From Cenococcum geophilum (lineage: Eukaryota), in NCBI GenBank assembly GCA_050273025.1, contig CP158636.1, forward strand, positions 6,572,001-6,636,000: a stretch of 64,000 nucleotides of DNA, given 5' to 3'. This document shows positions 36,894 to 49,754 of the stretch, piece by piece. The notes under the pieces were generated by a model. The model made no database searches, was not told where the DNA came from, and worked only from the letters and a program-made list of their open reading frames with translations. Position 1 is the stretch's first letter. Each line of letters opens with the position of its first letter. The position numbers and the translations under genes were made by a program.

Positions 36894-39800
36894 TATACTT
36901 CTATACAGTAGTTAACACTAAGATAATATATTATAAAATATTAAACAGTTATATATTGTCTATATATATATATATATTATACTAAGACATACTCTTATTA
37001 TAGGGGATCGCTGCTCTAACTACACTAGCTACGCTATTTCCATTACATCATCATCAGCTTACTAAGTAGGTTGGGTTTTAAACACCTTATAGAACTTATT
37101 AATTATTATCCTTTTAGTTATTATATACCTCGCTAACATAACTATATTAATTAGGTTCCACCTATCCGTACTATATATTGTTAATATAATAACTACTAGC
37201 GCTAACTGTTTAGATCTAGTAGCCCAGCTAAATACTTACACCTCTATATCTACCGTTATCGCCGGTTTAAGCAAATGGACTCTATATATAAAGACTAAAT
37301 TTAGACCCTCTCCTCTAACCCTTTAGTTAATAATAAGAAACTAAACTATATTATTCTAGTAAGGACCACCTATTAGAATACAAAACGCTTTATAAATATC
37401 CTCCTAGTCTTTTAGGGATGTCCTAGACTTCATTTAGTAAACAGCTAAATATTTAGACTGGCTAAGCCTTTTATAGAAATACTATATTATATTATTAGTA
37501 ATAGTTTACCACTAGTCTAATAGCTAACTTATAAGGCGTAATAGTGTATATGCTGCTAGTTCGTAACTACTAAACAGTAGTTTCTTATTAGGATTCCTTT
37601 TAAGTACTTTATTAACGTATTTTATAATTAGCTTTAGTTTCCTAGAGTTAGCAATTATACTCTAATTCCTCTAAAGCGGATTCTCATCTAAAGGTTTATC
37701 CCATTTTTTACTGTAAAACTCGTTAACTATCCACCTTAGCTTTGTTCTAACTTTTGCCTTATTCTTCTACTATATATCCTACCACTTATCTCCTACCTTA
37801 GCCAGGCCTAGAAAGATAGTAAAATTTTTTAATAAGCAACCGGCTCCCTTTAGAAATTAATCTATATTAAAGACGGGTTCTTCTCCTTTTCTTCCTTTAG
37901 CTTTCCAGTGTTTAAAAGCTTTATTTAGCTATTTAAAAGCATTTAGGGATGCTCTATACTAAAGCTTATTAATATACGGTTTAAATATTAAACCGTTCAT
38001 TACATAGCAGTCTTAGTAGATAACCAGTAGTAGCTTATTAATCACCCTCCCATTAAACCATCGGTTTTCCCCTATCCTATATATAATTAAGATCTTTATA
38101 ATTAAAGAGGAGCATTCTTTAAAGCCCATAATAACCTTATTCGGAAGAGAAGAGCGATTAGCTACTCCTAGCTTTTTATATTTAATTAATGCTTTAATAT
38201 TGCGATCATTAATTAATTTTATATTTATGGAATCCGCCTAATTAGGGGCCCTGAAAATTTCTAAGGCGGGAATTAGACTTATAAAACCTTTACTAGTTAG
38301 TATACCGGAAGTAAACACTACTAAAGGTTAAGAGGTGTAGTAGGCTATTTTACTATTACCGTCCTTATAAGATAGACCCGGGTATTAGAAGCGAGGAAAT
38401 ACTGCTTAATTATTATACACTTATTTAGCCATTTTTATTAGATAACCTGTCTCTAACCTATCTATATAGAACTTATTAGTAAGAATCCTACTAATAATAT
38501 AACGAGGACCACCGTCTCTATGGAGATTAAAAATAGTCTTATACTGTTCCTAAGCGGTCTAAGTTATTGCCTAAGTTTGCGACATTATAATTATAAGATA
38601 TAAAGCCAATCTTAGGTCTATTATCCACTAGACCTTCTTGCCTTCTCTTTCATATTTTATAGGTTTAAGAATGTCTTTATCTTTATTTATAAAATTATAC
38701 TTCTTTATACTAGACCTAATAAAAGCCGAATAGCGTACACGAACTTATAGTTTGCCTTTAGGAATATAATTATTTAGTTCTAAGGTTTTAAACCATAATT
38801 TAACGTCTTTAACCGCTTAGGGTAGTAGATTATATCTAGTAATATATATAGTTAGTCCTACTAGCCAGTAAAGAAAATTTCTGGTAATACTTCTCTTAAT
38901 ACAATAGCACTATAGCATACCATCTATTTAACTCAGGTATTAGGCGTTAGGCGGCTATAGGTGTTTATTTATACTAGGGGCAAGGTAAAGACTTTTATCT
39001 CTACCTTTTTAATTTTTCTAATTAAGCCAGTTAAGATTAATCTTGGTTATTAACACGCTAGTATACTAGATTAAGAGCATTTAAAGTATCTTACCTAAAC
39101 CCATTATATCCGCAAGAAAGGTCCTACCTAGGGCTGTATAAAAACGAAGAGTATAGGTAACACTAAGCAGCTAATATGTCTATATAGCTTTACCCTTTTT
39201 CATACTATATAAGTGGAAGGTTGCGTTTTAAAGAGTATTATAAATAGTTAATAGAAACGAGAGGAACTATAGCGCCTTTACCTATAATATTGGGTTAATA
39301 TATGCTTCTCGCACGTCCTTTAGGTGATTAACTTCCTAATTAACCTCCTTAATTCCATCCTTATACTTATCTTCTAGTTCCTTATTAGTCGAAATAGGGT
39401 TAATTAAGGCGTTAAAGTGGCGGCGCTCCTATGTGCAGTTAAGATTAATTTCCCTAATACAAATTAGGTTAGGGTTATTATTTATATTCTTAAATAATAT
39501 ATCGATAAATATTTCGCGATTAGACTTTAGCTATTTATTACACTATCCTTTTATCTTATCCCATAGCATTATCTTAAATGTTTATACTTTATCCAGATCT
39601 ACGCCTTTTAAGAGCTCCAATTTATCTAGTAGGGGCTAGTCTTTACTACTACGGGTCTAGCTATAAGCAGTTTTAATTATAGCCGGCCGTACGGCTAATA
39701 ATACACTAGTAGGTATAAATGGCGTGGACTTTAGGGTTAATATAGGCTTTGGATTTAACTGCTTAGATATAGGTAGCGTGGACTCTAAAATTAACTACTT

Positions 39801-40284
39801 ATAACTACTTTAACCTAGGGCAGATATGCCTATTTTTCTCCTAGTTGGCACCGGTCGTGTAATATTAGGGTTAGAGTTAAACTTAGAAGTACTTTTATTA
39901 AATCTTATACCGATAAACGTACGTTAGACAACTCTATATAATATTATATAATCTTATATAAGTTATAAAGTCTCTTACGCTTCATCGGCAAAATATAGTA
40001 CCCTTTAAATGGCCTTAATGGTTGGTGGTTAACGCAATTAGCGCGCAGTTGAGGGCATTTAGCAACTCGACCGACTAGCCTATGTCGTGTTTTTTTGACA
40101 CGCAGCCTGCGCGCAGCCTGCGCGCAACCTGCTAGCAATCTGCGCATTTGGCAACCATAATTATATTTACCTCTTTTATACTAATAATATATTTTAAATA
40201 AATAAAAGCTATTTTAAAGCTATTTATAAGGCTAGCAAAATAAATATTATTATTTTAGATAATTTAATATAATATAGCGATGGT

Positions 40285-41800
40285 TCTCTTCTACCTATCT
40301 ACCTATTGACTTACCTACCTACCTACATCGCCTACCTATTTACATCGCCTACCTATCTACATCTACCTGTCTGCATTTACCTACCTATTTACATCTACCT
40401 ACCTATCTATATTTACCTACCCGTTAGCATCTACCTACCTATTTATATCTGCTTACCTATCTATATCTATCTACCTGTTTATATCTACTTGTTTATATCT
40501 GCCTACCTATCTATATCTGCCTACCTATTAGCATCTACCTACCTATTTACATCTACTTGCCTATCTGCATCTACTTACCTATTTGCATCTGCCTGCCTAT
40601 TTATATCTACTTACCTATCTGCATCTATCTACCTATCTATATCTACCTACCCGTTAGCATCTACCTGTTTATGCCTACCTGTCTATGCTACCTTAATTCG
40701 ATCGATCGATCGAATCGTTTATAGTGTTGGCTGGCTAGTCGTTGTCGTCTGGCTCTGGCGACGGTTGTCTGGTTCTGGCGACGGTCGTCTGGCTCTGGCA
40801 ACGGTCGTCTAGTTCTGGTAACGGTCGTCTGGTTCTGGCGACGGTCGTCTGGTTCTGGTAACGGTCGTCTGGCTGGCGACGGTCGTCTGGTTCTGGCGAC
40901 GATCGTCTGGCTCTGGCAACGGTCGTCTGGTTCTGGTAACGGTCGTCTGGTTCTGGCGACAGTCGTCTGGTTCTGGCGACGGTCGTCTGGTTCTGGTGAC
41001 AGTCGTCTGGTTCTAGCGACGGTCGTCTGGCTCTGGCAACGGTCGTCTGGTTCTGGTAACGGTCGTCTGGCTGGCGACGATCGTCTGGTTCTGGCGACAG
41101 TCGTCTGGTTCTGGTAACGGTCGTCTGGCTGGCGACGGTCGTCTGGTTCTGGCGACGATCGTCTGGCTCTGGCAACGGTCGTCTGGTTCTGGCGACGGTC
41201 GTCTGGCTGGCGATGGTCGTCTGGTTCTGGTAACGGTCATCTGGTTCTGGCGACGGTCGTCTAGTTCTAGCAACGGTCCTCTGCTGGCTGCCGTTCTGGT
41301 GCCTCCCTAGGTAGGGAGGATATAAAGAAGGAAGGAAGGGTAAAAAATAAGGTGGCTATATAGGGTAGAGGCACGTGTAGAGGCTATCGGGAATATAGCG
41401 GGGACCCGATGCAGAGCTTCGTGTAGAGCCTCTGTACGCAGAGCTTCTCGCAGAGCCTTGTGCAGAGCCTCTGTACGCAGAGCTTCGCGCAGACCCTCGC
41501 GCAGACCCTCGCGCAGACCCTCGTGCAGAGCTTCGTGCAGAGCTTCGCGCAGAGCCTCGTGCAGAGCTTCGTGCAGAGCTTCGTGCAGAGCCTCTGTACG
41601 CAGAGCTTCGTGTAGAGCCTCGTGTAGAGCCTTATGCGAAGCTTCGTGCAGAGCTTTGTGCAGAGCCTCTATGCGTAGAGCTTCGTGCAGAGTCTCTGTA
41701 CGCAGAGCTTCGTGTAGAGCTTTGTATAGAGCCTCTATGCGTAGAGCTTCGTGTAGAGCCTCTGTACGCAGAGCTTCGTGTAGAGCCTCGTGCAGAGCCT
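40285..41800. repeat. Three consecutive simple-repeat arrays inside the non-autonomous element
   Basis: CTACCT/ATCTAC-type array 40285-40690; 20-bp GGTTCTGGCGACGGTCGTCT array 40735-41280; 12-bp GCAGAGCTTCGT array 41410-41800. Confidence 0.95.
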
Positions 41801-41934
41801 TTAAGTAATAAGACTATAAGATTGTATAAGATTGTATAAGATTGTATAAGATTATATATAATAGTTAAATATATAGTATATAACTTTACCTTAATCGCAC
41901 GTCAAGAAATATACAGTTAGCTTTTAAAGTTATT

Positions 41935-42325
41935 AAGTAGGTTAACTGCATATTAAGTTAGTTAAATTATATATCAAGTAGGTCAACTACGTGTTAAGTT
42001 AGTTAAATTGTATATTAAGTAGGTTAACTGCGTGTTAAGTTAGTTAAATTGTATGTTAAGTAGGTTAACTGCGTGTTAAGTTAGTTAAATTGCATGTTAA
42101 GTAGGTCAACTGCGTATTAAGTTAGTTAAATTGCATGTTAAGTAGGTTAACTGCGTATTAAGTTAGTTAAATTGCATGTTAAGTAGGTCAACTGCGTGTT
42201 AAGTTAGTTAAATTATATATTAAGTAGGTTAACTACGTGTCGAGTTAGTTAAATTGCATGTTAAATAGGTCAACTGCGTGTTAAGTTAGTTAATTACGTG
42301 TCGAGTTGGTTAAATTGCATGTTAA
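41935..42325. repeat. Right subterminal repeats of the non-autonomous element (alternating ~20-bp units)
   Basis: TAAGTAGGTCAACTGCGTGT / TAAGTTAGTTAAATTGCATG units repeat head to tail. The same motif family occurs at 49325-49555. Confidence 0.9.
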
Positions 42326-43848
42326 TTACGCGAAACGCGAAAACCAAAGTCTACTTAAATCTCATCCTGTGAATATTTTCCCGATGTTTATAATCCGATT
42401 AGGATTTTTAACCCCAATTATAATTATATTAAGTCCAGCCTTCTTTATAGAAAGCACCGTAAATGCTAGGTTTATATAGTTAAGAATTAGTATACTAGTG
42501 GTCAGATCTACTATAGCCCAGCCATCCCTATATTTATCCGCCGAGAAGTTTATACTTATCGCGGCCTACAGCTTATTATATCTACAGTAATATACATTAA
42601 CTTTCTCTAGAGAATCGGATAATAGATACTTATACTTAGTTTTTAATGCAAATCCGTATAGAATGGGGGCCCTATTTAATGGCGTTTTATTTAAGTAACT
42701 ATATATAGCAAAGCTTATTTTATAGAATGGTGTAGGTATAATATTTAGCTATTATAGGACTTTAATAGACAGACTACTAAGTATCTAGGCAGCCTTAAAG
42801 GCTGCCCTTAATCTAGATAAGTTAATAGACTGCTCTTTAGAAGACAAGCCGCCATACTTTAGAATAATATCAGCTATTATAACCTCCACGCCTCCACGTT
42901 TGTTAGTCGTTACGTGTCGCCGTATAGATTTTTTAGCGGCGATAGCGAAAGCTTTAAACTCTAATAGTAGATCGGATCTCTTAAACACGTGCCTATACTT
43001 AGTGTTAAAAAGGTTAAAGACTATACGCTTAACTCTATTTCGTACAGGCCTAGACGCTAGTAACCTACTACTAGACGCTTCGTTAATTTCGCTAGCACAG
43101 TATTAGAGGATTTCTTTATATATTTTTTCGTTAATCGCGAGTCCTTGCTGCAGCTTTAGACCACTTATTTGCGATAAGTTCTTATTAGTTACAGTAGTTA
43201 AGTACTAACTAGAGTCTAGGTATAGCGCCGCTATTATAGTTAAAGACCCTATATATTTATAAACGGGTAAAAGTTTTATATAGAATAGTATGGAGTGACT
43301 TATAAAGATAATAGAGCGGATAATATATTAGACAATTAGCAATAATCTAATAAGATAATCCTAATAGTTATAATAAGAAGGTGTGCTAATAGTATTAACT
43401 TAAGATAATAGCAGATTCTAATAAGAGTAATATAAGAGTAATATAAGAAATAGAACAGAATGCGAGTCTTAATACGAGAAGTAGGATAAGATATAAGCTT
43501 TAATATAGGCAGTAGAACGAAATATAAGACTTAGAGTAAGAAACAGAACGAAAGGTGCGTAATAAAATAAGATATAAGATTTGCGCTACTAACTAAGTAA
43601 ATAAAATTATAAGATGTAAATAGTAAGGTATATAAAAACAAGTATAATCCATAGTAGAAGCCTTAAAATGTTAGTTGTTATATATATTATATAGGAAGCT
43701 AAAGAGTTATAGACAGGATAATAGATACCCTAATAGGTACACTTAAGCAACTAGACTAGATACATAATAATAAAAGAGCTAATAATTCTATTCTTTATAT
43801 TATAACTAGTTAGTAAAGCAGCTCTAAAGAGGTTAGGGAATAAGTTTA

Positions 43849-44170
43849 GGATAATCTAAGACATTAAAAATGTCTAAGATTATATAAAAAAGTAAAATAT
43901 AATATAGCATTTTATTCTATAAGCGTAAGGTAAGGTAAAATGCATAGCAGAGAGAGGTAGGGGGATAATCTAAGACATTATAAAAGGTCCAAGATTATAT
44001 AAAAAAAAGTGAAATATAATATAGTATTTTATCCCATAAGTACAAGATAAGGTAAAGTGCATAGTAGAGAGAGGTAGGGGGATAATCCAAGATATTATAA
44101 AAAGTCTAAGATTATATAAAATAAAGTAAAATACAATATAGTATTTTATCCCATAAGCGCAAGATAAGGC
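43849..44170. repeat. Tandem repeat, ~115-bp unit, about 2.8 copies
   Basis: GGATAATC(T/C)AAGA(C/T)ATTA recurs at about 43849, 43963 and 44080 with aligned intervening sequence. Confidence 0.85.
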
Positions 44171-44486
44171 TTTAGGATACCCTTTCACCTAAAGTACAAC
44201 CCATTTTTAAGCTATATCACTAATAAAGCAACTTTTTTTTAGATAAGCTGTTATATCTACTACATAGGCAACCTAAAACTAGTATCCTAGATCCCACTTA
44301 TAGCTACTATACTTTATATTAAAGATATTCGCTAGACTTATTTGTATATAGGTCCCGTAGTCCAAATTGCATATTAAGCCATCTACAACATAGCTATTGT
44401 CACTCTAGCCCTATAACACCGTACTCTTATTCACGCGCCTTTTTCTTCCATTTCCTACTATTATTCGCTTAATCTTTTAAACTTCC

Positions 44487-45450
44487 ATAGCCGCCTAAAC
44501 CAATACTATAGCCTCTTTGTCTTTAAAAATATAGCTATATTAAGCTTGCCTTAGCCTCAATTTCTCTAAACACATACTGCCTAGAAATGTATCCCGCTTT
44601 ATACAACTACTATAAGCTCTACCTATAATATAGCGTCTAGTGCTCTAGTATAGAGCAGGCTCTCTTAAAAGCCGCATTATAATGCCTTCCAGAGACCAGA
44701 TACCTAAAGCCTCTTTAGCCGCTATAAATAAGGGAGATACTAATATACAGATCGACGGTAGCATACTAGGTGGAGATAGCCCTAATCTTTATAAGCTAGG
44801 GTAGGATATTAAGGTTAAGCTAGCTGATCTACAGGCTAACCTAAATAACCCGTTCTTTTCTAGTAAATCATTTAAAGAGCTCCAACTGTATTTTAGCTCT
44901 TCGCACCCTAGTAGTATATAGGCTCGTACTAATATATCTATTTAATAGGAAACCGAAGATGTTAAAAGGAATTCTAGAAATAAACTTTTAAAAGCTATTA
45001 AAGATAAGTAGTTAGCCTACAAGACACGGGCTTTCTATTTAGTTACTTTGCGGGCTTTAAATTATCTATATTATTGCCGATACCCATTATCTAGCCTAGC
45101 CCTCTAGCGTTACCCTAATGACGAATATAAGACTTCCGGGCGGCAGCTTAAGTTAGACATTAGTTAGAACTCTATATACCTAAGACTAGATATTATAGTT
45201 CCAAGTACTAACTTATTTAGTTATCTCAACTCAACTAGCACTACCCTTAATCTTCCCTTTTTTTCTTACTACGGCTTATATAGAAATAACGGAATTTATA
45301 GGTCTAGATAGCTAATATTATTAGGCTCTATAACATCGGTGGTAAATAATATCTTCGCCGTTACTGTGGTCCTATAGCCATTGCCTAAAAATACTGTATA
45401 TTATTGTTTAAACGGATAAAGGTTTTTCGGGTATTATTAAGTCTTTAGTT
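44487..45450 (+). pseudogene. Cargo ORF 4 directly upstream of the transposase, unknown function (possible second CMC-type ORF)
   Basis: Plus frame with only RIP-type stops over several hundred bp (e.g. FKELQLYFSSSHP...AYKTRAFYLVTLRAL). No family recognised. Confidence 0.4.
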
Positions 45451-45474
45451 TATAGTGTCCGGTTCTACTACTTT

Positions 45475-45760
45475 AAACTCTTTAAGTCCTTAAACTCGGT
45501 ATTAAGCTTAGTGTTAAGCTAGTTACACTTACGCTTTAGCGTATAGTTTAGCTACCTTAGACTCTTTTAAGTCCTTAAACTTGGTGTTAAGCTAATTATA
45601 CTTACGCTTTAGCGTCTACTCTGGCTGCCTTAGACTCTTTTAAGTCCTTAAACTCGGTATTAAGCTAGTTATACTTGCGCTTTAGCGTCCATTTTAGCTA
45701 CCTTAGACTCTTTTAAGTCCTTAAACTCGGTATTAGGCTAGTTATACTTATACTTTAGTA
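45475..45760. repeat. Tandem repeat, 73-bp unit, 3-4 copies
   Basis: ACTCTTTTAAGTCCTTAAAC recurs at 45561, 45634 and 45707, with a variant copy at ~45477. Confidence 0.9.
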
Positions 45761-45899
45761 TAACTAGTTCTAGTAAGAAAATAAAAGGTATACTTTTAGC
45801 AGCTATAAAGCCAAGCTACCCACACAGATTAAATACCGGTAATTAACCGTTAGTACTATAATACGCACTCTTTACGCCTAGAAATAATACTATATTATT

Positions 45900-48800
45900 T
45901 AATATACAATTAGCGATAATACAGCGGAGCTATCTATGGTGTTCTTATACCCTTAAAAGTTATAGCGGCCTTCACTAACACCTACGGTGCTATAAAAGGC
46001 GGCTACTTAGCCACTAATACGTCTACAAAAAAGCACGCGAAGAGAGATATAATACTCGTATATTTATTACGGCCCGACTACTTATAATTCGCGATTAATT
46101 CCACCACTCTTACTAGTTAGATAATGCGCGATTATAACCGGACGGTATAAACACGGATACCGATAAGTACGCTCCGGTAGCGGTAGAATATAAGTAAAAT
46201 GCCCATCTAGTGCCTCCGTGCGGTATACTATATTAGAAAAGCGTTATATTATTATTATTATTACTTAAAGTAGAGATATTTAAAGCAACTAAGAATATAA
46301 AGGTAGGTAAACCAATTTTATGCGAGACCGATAATAATATATAGTAAGTTAGCCAGACAATTTTAGATATTACTATATTATAATATAATAATAGCTAAAG
46401 TATACTATACAATCCTTTTTATTCGGAGTTTAATTACGCCTTTTTAATATGGCTGCACCGCATTCGCTATATAAAGGGAGACGTTAATGCACTACTTAAA
46501 GACACCCGCCTTAGCCCACTTTATAGCCTACTTAGCTTCTAATCTACAAATTAATAGGAAGAACTAATTACTGCTATTCTATTTAGTATATAAGACGAAC
46601 AATAGCTCCAATTAGAGTGTAAGGTAGAATTAAATATTAAAGGCTTTAAGTAGAGGGAATACTATATTCTTTACTAAGATATTATAAATATAATTGCCTT
46701 TCTAATTAGCCATTAACCCTTTAAAGATGCACTAGTATATGCACTAAAGAGACTCTACAATGCCGAAAACTATTAAGTCTATAATAAACTATATAGCAGT
46801 AACTAGTAGTAGGAGACATAAGGCAAGCTTCCTAGCGGTACTATAGTAGTTCCTATACTTATAGCAGTTAATAAGACCCAGCTAACAATGTACTATGGCG
46901 ATAAATCGGCCTGGCTAGTATATCTTACTATTAGTAATCTTAACTAACAAGTTCGGCGCCAATAGATATCCCCTATAAATATCCTTATCGGCTTTATACC
47001 AGTTATTAAAAAAAAAATAACAATATAAAAAGTAAAGCATATTATAAGGCGATAAGAACTATACTTAAACATAAGTCCTGCTTTAGTATTCTAACGCTAT
47101 ATTCTATTAACTAAAACATAATAGCAATTAAGCATCTTACAGAAAGCGGCGTAGACCTTTAATATGCGGATAATTTTGTACAATAATATTATCCAATTAT
47201 ATATAGAATAATGGCAGACTATAAAGAACAAGTGCTGCTTATAGGTGTTAAAAGCTGATAGTACTACACTATATGCCAGGTCCCCCCTCTAAAGCGCGAG
47301 AACTTAACCGAGAAATAATACCCGCTACGCACCTATAAAGAGACGAGAAGATAGATTAAACGCCAGAAACTAGAGAACATTCTTTTATCCTTAGACGACT
47401 GGGTATACCCAGTAGAATATTTCGCGTAGCACTATCGCCTATTTAACATCCATAAGGGCATAATAGTAGATATTCTATATCAGCTTCTAAAGGGTATTAT
47501 TATATAACTTATTAAATGGGTACAGAAACTAGTAGGCAATGTCGTCTAGCTAAAAAGAAAGAGAAGAGGGACGAAGATAACTATAACAAATATATCTGTG
47601 GAGGCTTAGCTTAATTAGCGTTTTAGATAAGTCCCGGCTTTTATAGGGCTAAAACGGTTTAATAACCTATTATTTAGTAAAGTTACTTAATAGACAGGTA
47701 ATAAATAAAAAGCTATAGTTTATCAACTTATCGCTATACTAGCCCTACTACTGTCGTCTAGGGAACTATATACTATACATTTTACAAGAGCCGTATACAA
47801 CTTTATTATTATAGCTTAGTATTACACCTATAATAAGGAGACACTATAATATATGCACCACGCCCTATATTGAATTAATATGCTTAAAGGCGTATTTTAA
47901 AGTTTCCGTCTAAAGGCAAAGGATTCTAATATAGGCCATTTTAATATACCAAAATTCCATGCCCTTATATATTTTAAGGAAAATATCCGCCTATACGGAT
48001 ATACAGATAGGTACTACACTAGCGCAAATAGCGAAGCTAGACACCGTTATATTATTAAGGTGTTTTATAACTTAATAAATAAACAGGATTCGCTATCTTA
48101 AATCTGCTCTTATAATTTAAGATAGGTAGCAGTACTAGCAATAGAAGACGAAATAGCTTTTACAAATAGTGATTCTATACTATAGTCTTCCCAGCGTTTA
48201 GAGGTGTAGGCTACTTAACTAATATAGCATTTGGCAGTTATAAAGCTTCGGTGGCCTTTAGAAGATATAAATAGGGCAACAGATCTTGTCTAAAGGCGTC
48301 TTAGGTTAAAGACGTGGCTTTATATATTTTATATAGCAAACTACTACGAAATCCTAGGGTTTCTAGACGGCATTGCGGTATTTATTTAAGAGTGTAGGCG
48401 AAAACTATAAGGTGAACGTACCTAGAACTCCGATATGGACCAGAAAGAGAAGGACCCCTTATAGGTTAAGCGCCTGCTTATTAAAATATATCTATCTATT
48501 CGCTGTTAGAAACAAGACGGGAAAAATGCAACTAACCTTAAGGGCTAAATTAGTAAGGTAGTACGTTGTATACCAAATTGGCAATATTCTAACTAGTAGA
48601 GGCGTGATTATATATGGGTTTAGGAGTATATAGATAACGGCGACCGTATTAGAAAGGGCCGCACGCCGTTAGGTAGAAGACTTATAGGCCAGCTTTAGCT
48701 AATTGTTACTATTCTAGATATTAAAAGGTTAGATAAGTATAGTATATACGTGCAGTATACTAGAGCTATAGTAGAGCTGCTTTAGCCATTAAATTATGGA

Positions 48801-49095
48801 CTGCCGCATCTAACACACGGCATAGTTAAGGTAAAAAGGTAGCCGCGCCCGAGCGTAAATACTAGGCAAGTACTTGGAGGTAGTCGCTTTTATTTAATGC
48901 TATCTATTCTATAAAGCGCGCATATTGTTCTAGCCGCTACTTCTTGTCCAGATTTATACTACGTCAATAATTATATTAATTAGGACCAATATAATACTCT
49001 ATACTTAGACAACTTTCTTAAAGAAGGAACTCGCATCGCGTTATTATATAGAAGCTAGGATAAATAGCAAAAGCAGCTAAGCTAGCATAGAACCT
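45900..49095 (+). pseudogene. Plavaka-family (CMC/EnSpm-related) transposase, RIP-inactivated
   Basis: De-RIP motifs (WWW)ET(Q)GKLPSG.TVVP.L.A.(D)KTQLT...GDKSAW(P)VYLTI(G)NL (~46805-46940); MADY.EQVLL.GVKS...C..CQVPP (~47210-47290); VDIL(H)QLLKGI (~47465); FNIPKFHAL.(H)F..NIRLYG (~47940); YYVNNYI(DW)DQYN (~48960). Possible N-terminal C2H2-like motif; likely intron at ~47070-47125. Confidence 0.9.
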
Positions 49096-49324
49096 ATAAT
49101 ATATAATATAATAATAAACCTATATAAGACTATATGGGACTATATAAGATTGTATAAGATTATATAAGATTATATAAGATTATATATAATATATATTATA
49201 AGCTAGCATACTACAGGCTAAGAAAATAGTAAAAATTCATTTGCGCAATTGGCATACAACTTTAAAATAATATATTATATTACCTTAATTACATATCAAG
49301 GAATGTGCAGTTGGCTTTTAAAGT

Positions 49325-49555
49325 TGTTAAGTAGGTCAACTGCGTGTTATTTAACTTTTAAATATATTAAGTTGGTCAATTGCGTATTAAGTTAGTTAAG
49401 TTAAATATTAAGTTGGTCAATTGCGTATTAAGTTAGTTAAGTTAAATATTAAGTTGGTCAATTGCGTGTTAAGTTAGTTAAGTTAAATGTTAAGTTAGTT
49501 AATTGCGTGTTAAGTTAGTTAAGTTGCATATTAAGTTAGTTAATTGCATATTAAT
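49325..49555. repeat. Right subterminal repeats of the giant element
   Basis: Repeated AAGTTGGTCAATTGCGT(A/G)TT / AAGTTAGTTAAGTTAAAT units ending about 60 bp inside the right TIR. The left end has 11-bp (G/A)CCTGCGCGCA repeats at 18385-18430. Confidence 0.85.
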
Positions 49556-49754
49556 TACGCGAAACGCGCTAAACAAAGTCTACTTGAATCTCATCCTGCG
49601 AATATTTTCCCAATGTATAAGAAATGTTAGAAATTATAAGGTTATTATAGATTACTTTTAAAGCTTTTTAGTTTAATATAAAGGCGTAAAAGATCTTAAG
49701 GGTAAGGTTAATAAGGCCGAATAGCTCCTTATAAATATAAAAATTAAGGACTAC

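Larger units (their letters stand above)
39983..42386 (+). mobile_element. 2,404-bp non-autonomous derivative of the giant Plavaka/CMC element
   Basis: TIR CATCGGCAAAATAT ... ATATTTTCCCGATG; TT duplicated at 39981-82 and 42387-88. The first ~290 bp match 18265 onward and the last ~570 bp match 49130-49615. The middle is simple repeats. Confidence 0.93.
37040..43230 (-). pseudogene. SNF2/SWI2-family (SF2) DNA-dependent ATPase cargo gene, RIPped and interrupted at 39983-42386
   Basis: De-RIP motif I TFLAD.MGLGK(T)L(Q) (~39085-39120); motif III SG(TP) (~38300); motifs V-VI (G)GEGLNLVF..RVHLL(E)PA....E.(Q).F..ATR..Q (~37215-37320). The frame runs through the inner insertion site (GVKNPNRI-K-RKRLYNL). 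Whether 42387-43230 belongs to the same protein is inferred from that continuity. Confidence 0.85.
18265..49615 (+). mobile_element. Giant cargo-carrying Plavaka/CMC (CACTA-like) DNA transposon, 31,351 bp including nested inserts
   Basis: TIR CATCGGCAAAATAT ... ATATTTTCCCAATG; TA duplicated at 18263-64 and 49616-17. Excision restores the Copia gag sequence seen uninterrupted in Copia A at 62531-62560. A Plavaka transposase lies next to the right end, with subterminal repeats at both ends. Confidence 0.9.

Noticed and set aside
40306..41808. Track ORFs of 86-168 aa (YLP-, PEPDDR- and RASC-rich)
   Set aside because: They are translations of simple tandem arrays inside a non-autonomous element; the 20-bp unit is not codon-phased.
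41935..42325. CRISPR-like regular repeats (also 49325-49555)
   Set aside because: No unique spacers, eukaryotic context, and subterminal position within a TIR element.
18265..42386. Alternative pairing of ends (18265-42386 and 39983-49615 as two overlapping elements)
   Set aside because: TSDs match only in the nested pairing (TA/TA outside, TT/TT inside), and both interrupted frames are restored only that way.
18265..49615. Starship element
   Set aside because: No DUF3435 tyrosine-recombinase captain was recognised at either end; the ends are TIRs with a 2-bp TSD and the enzyme is Plavaka-type.
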